From Rhodospirillales bacterium (lineage in GTDB: Bacteria > Pseudomonadota > Alphaproteobacteria > Bin95), in the NCBI GenBank assembly GCA_038143065.1, contig JAYQLI010000016.1:1-10220 (forward strand): 10,220 bases of DNA. The letters are read 5' to 3'. A program made the translations under genes and the position numbers. Positions 8,756 through 10,220 of this stretch are shown piece by piece (the stretch's first letter is position 1; each line of letters opens with the position of its first letter). The notes beneath the pieces are model-generated. The model did no database searches, was not told where the DNA came from, and saw only the letters and a list, made by a program, of their open reading frames with translations.

Positions 8756-10082
8756 TATGACCAAGCCTTTTCCATATGCTCCCGCATGACCTCAATGGCA
8801 TAGCCTGAGCCATAGTTAGCAGCGACAGTATTGGTGCCATGTCCAAGGATAGCCATCGAGACTGCCTCTGGGCAGCCTGTGTTTCTGAGCTTGTCCTTCA
8901 TTCTGTGGCGCAAGGAATGCATCGACAGCTTCTTGTCGGTGATGACCTTTCTGAACCGCTTCATCATCATGGCTGATACCCGGTCCATACCTCTTGGTCG
9001 GGCATAGCGTTCGAAGACAGGTGCGTCTGGGTCCTTGTCGAGTGATGAATGCCTGCAGGACTTTTGCAGCCTCAGGCGAGAGTGGCACAGAGCGCTCCGA
9101 GGGCGCATTCTTTAGGCGTCGCCAGGGGGTAGGTGTTATGTTTATGAACCCTTCATCTAGGTTGCAGTCTGTGACCCTGAGGCCTGCTATCTCTGCAACC
9201 CTAGCTCCTGAATCCCGTAGAACAACGAAGAGCGCATTGGTTGTGGGGTCATCTTCGAAGACTGCCTTGAGCTCTTCTACCTGTTCATCACTGAGTGGAT
9301 GTCTGTCTGCTTTTGAGCTGCCCGCACCTTTTATAAGGAGACCTGCAAAAGGACTGGTCCAATCAATTCCTGTTTCTTTTATATACCAGTTCAGAGCAGC
9401 ATTGAGTGTGTTCTTATATCTGAGCAACGGAGTTTGGTGCCATGACGGGAAGCAGGTTGTCCCTGTAGGCATTGGCATCTTGGCGTGTGATTGTCTGAAC
9501 AGGTTGTTGGTAGACCTTAAAGGCCCCAATGGCTGCCTCAAGGTCTGCTTTGCATTTTGCAATCCTGACCTTCAGTCGGTGGTCTGTTGCTTCATACCCT
9601 GTTGTTTTGAACTCGGTGTATTGGTCCAAGACATCAGCAAAGCTAGAAGAGCGTTCTGGCAAGACAGCTCCATGCAACAGTGCGAGGGTTTTCTTCGGAT
9701 ACAGACCCTCTAATCTATCAGCCAATGCCATCAGAGCGTATTCCAGGTTATCATCCCAGCCCCTACCTCCAGGCGCTGTGCTGCTTCCTTCCCATATTCT
9801 CTTCCACCAAGTGAAGTATCGTGGCTCGGTGGTCTTTACGCTTGATGAGCTCAGCAGACTTTTCAGCACTTGCCTGGGCCCCATCCAAGATGGCTTCCAC
9901 TTCCGCATGGGCGTCGGACCAGTTTCCAACCACGTCCTTTTTGGTACGACCTAGATTGCGGTACAGATACCCTTTCCCGACACGCTCCACGAGGTTTTTT
10001 GGCACACGCCTTCTGTATCGAAAGATACCATCAGCTTTACGCTCTGTGTACAGCGGAAGATTCTGAATTTCGGTGTCCTCAT
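8755..10082 (-). CDS. Tyrosine recombinase/integrase with N-terminal DUF6538-like arm-binding domain; at least 4 indels
   Basis: Four track ORFs join into one ~440-aa protein: N-terminal GIFRYRRRVPKNL...LYRNLG, core-binding region ITRQDANAYRD...NS..RYKNTLNAALNWYIKE, and the full catalytic set DSGARVAEIAGL (R), RRLKN (K), HSLRH (HxxR), ILGH (H), AANYG (Y). TAG 8755-8757. Start uncertain: ATG 10082 needs one more indel. Confidence 0.93.
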
Positions 10083-10123
10083 CTTGTTCACCAAAATCTT
10101 CACTTTGATTCCTGCATCTGCAC

Positions 10124-10173
10124 TCACCCGTTTTTGACCCAAAAGAGTTCCTTTTGACCTCTGTTTGAGTTCC
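10124..10173. repeat. Short direct repeats upstream of the integrase (candidate arm-type binding sites)
   Basis: TTTTGACC at 10132-10139 and 10152-10159; GAGTTCC at 10145-10151 and 10167-10173; related TCACCC at 10124-10129. Confidence 0.6.
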
Positions 10174-10220
10174 CTTTTTCAAAGGATAAGCCAAGCATGC
10201 TTTGTTTTAAAGGAAAAATC

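Larger units (their letters stand above)
7730..10220 (-). mobile_element. Integrase-bearing end of a genomic island or small integrative element; boundaries uncertain
   Basis: Integrase, att-arm-like repeats upstream of it, unknown AT-richer ORFs downstream, and an abrupt end of recognisable metabolic genes after 7713. Confidence 0.55.

Noticed and set aside
8755-10082. Integron integrase or XerC/D assignment
   Set aside because: It has an extra N-terminal YRRRVP domain, no evident IntI-specific insertion, and no canonical attC or dif-like site nearby.
146-10082. Programmed frameshifting, phase variation or an alternative genetic code
   Set aside because: Indels are numerous, go in both directions and hit unrelated genes, many outside slippery or tandem-repeat tracts. 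Genes end in standard stops, and the breaks are frame changes rather than in-frame stop read-through.
8994-10157. Plus-strand ORFs 8994-9713 (239 aa), 9529-9954, 9821-10066 and 9870-10157
   Set aside because: Antisense to the integrase; their composition is typical of shadow frames.
10147-10172. Alphaproteobacterial LexA box (GTTC-N7-GTTC) upstream of the integrase
   Set aside because: The two GTTC are separated by 18 nt, not 7.
1-10220. CRISPR array, tRNA, rRNA, riboswitch or IS element
   Set aside because: No regularly spaced repeats, tRNA boxes, rRNA-like sequence, transposase motifs or terminal inverted repeats seen by eye; no covariance-model scan was possible.

Overview
The window looks like chromosomal DNA of a moderately low-GC, Rhodobacteraceae-like alphaproteobacterium (inferred from the gene set and protein style). 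It contains many single-base indels, most likely long-read sequencing errors, so the ORF track fragments most real genes. Bases 1-6223 (minus strand) form a polyol (sorbitol/mannitol) utilisation locus: LacI-family regulator, ABC transporter SmoE/F/G/K, sorbitol (L-iditol) dehydrogenase SmoS and the 5' end of a mannitol 2-dehydrogenase. The locus has a repeated TTTAC-x-CG-x-GTAAA operator-like palindrome and a GCAA-tetraloop hairpin after smoE. A divergent beta-keto acid cleavage enzyme gene (DUF849/Kce family) lies at 6790-7713. The right-hand 2.5 kb is an accessory block: a ~440-codon tyrosine integrase with att-arm-like repeats upstream, a gene for an unknown secreted protein overlapping its stop codon, a second small unknown ORF region and several palindromes. 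This block is the best candidate for something undescribed, but the sequence alone does not prove a novel system.
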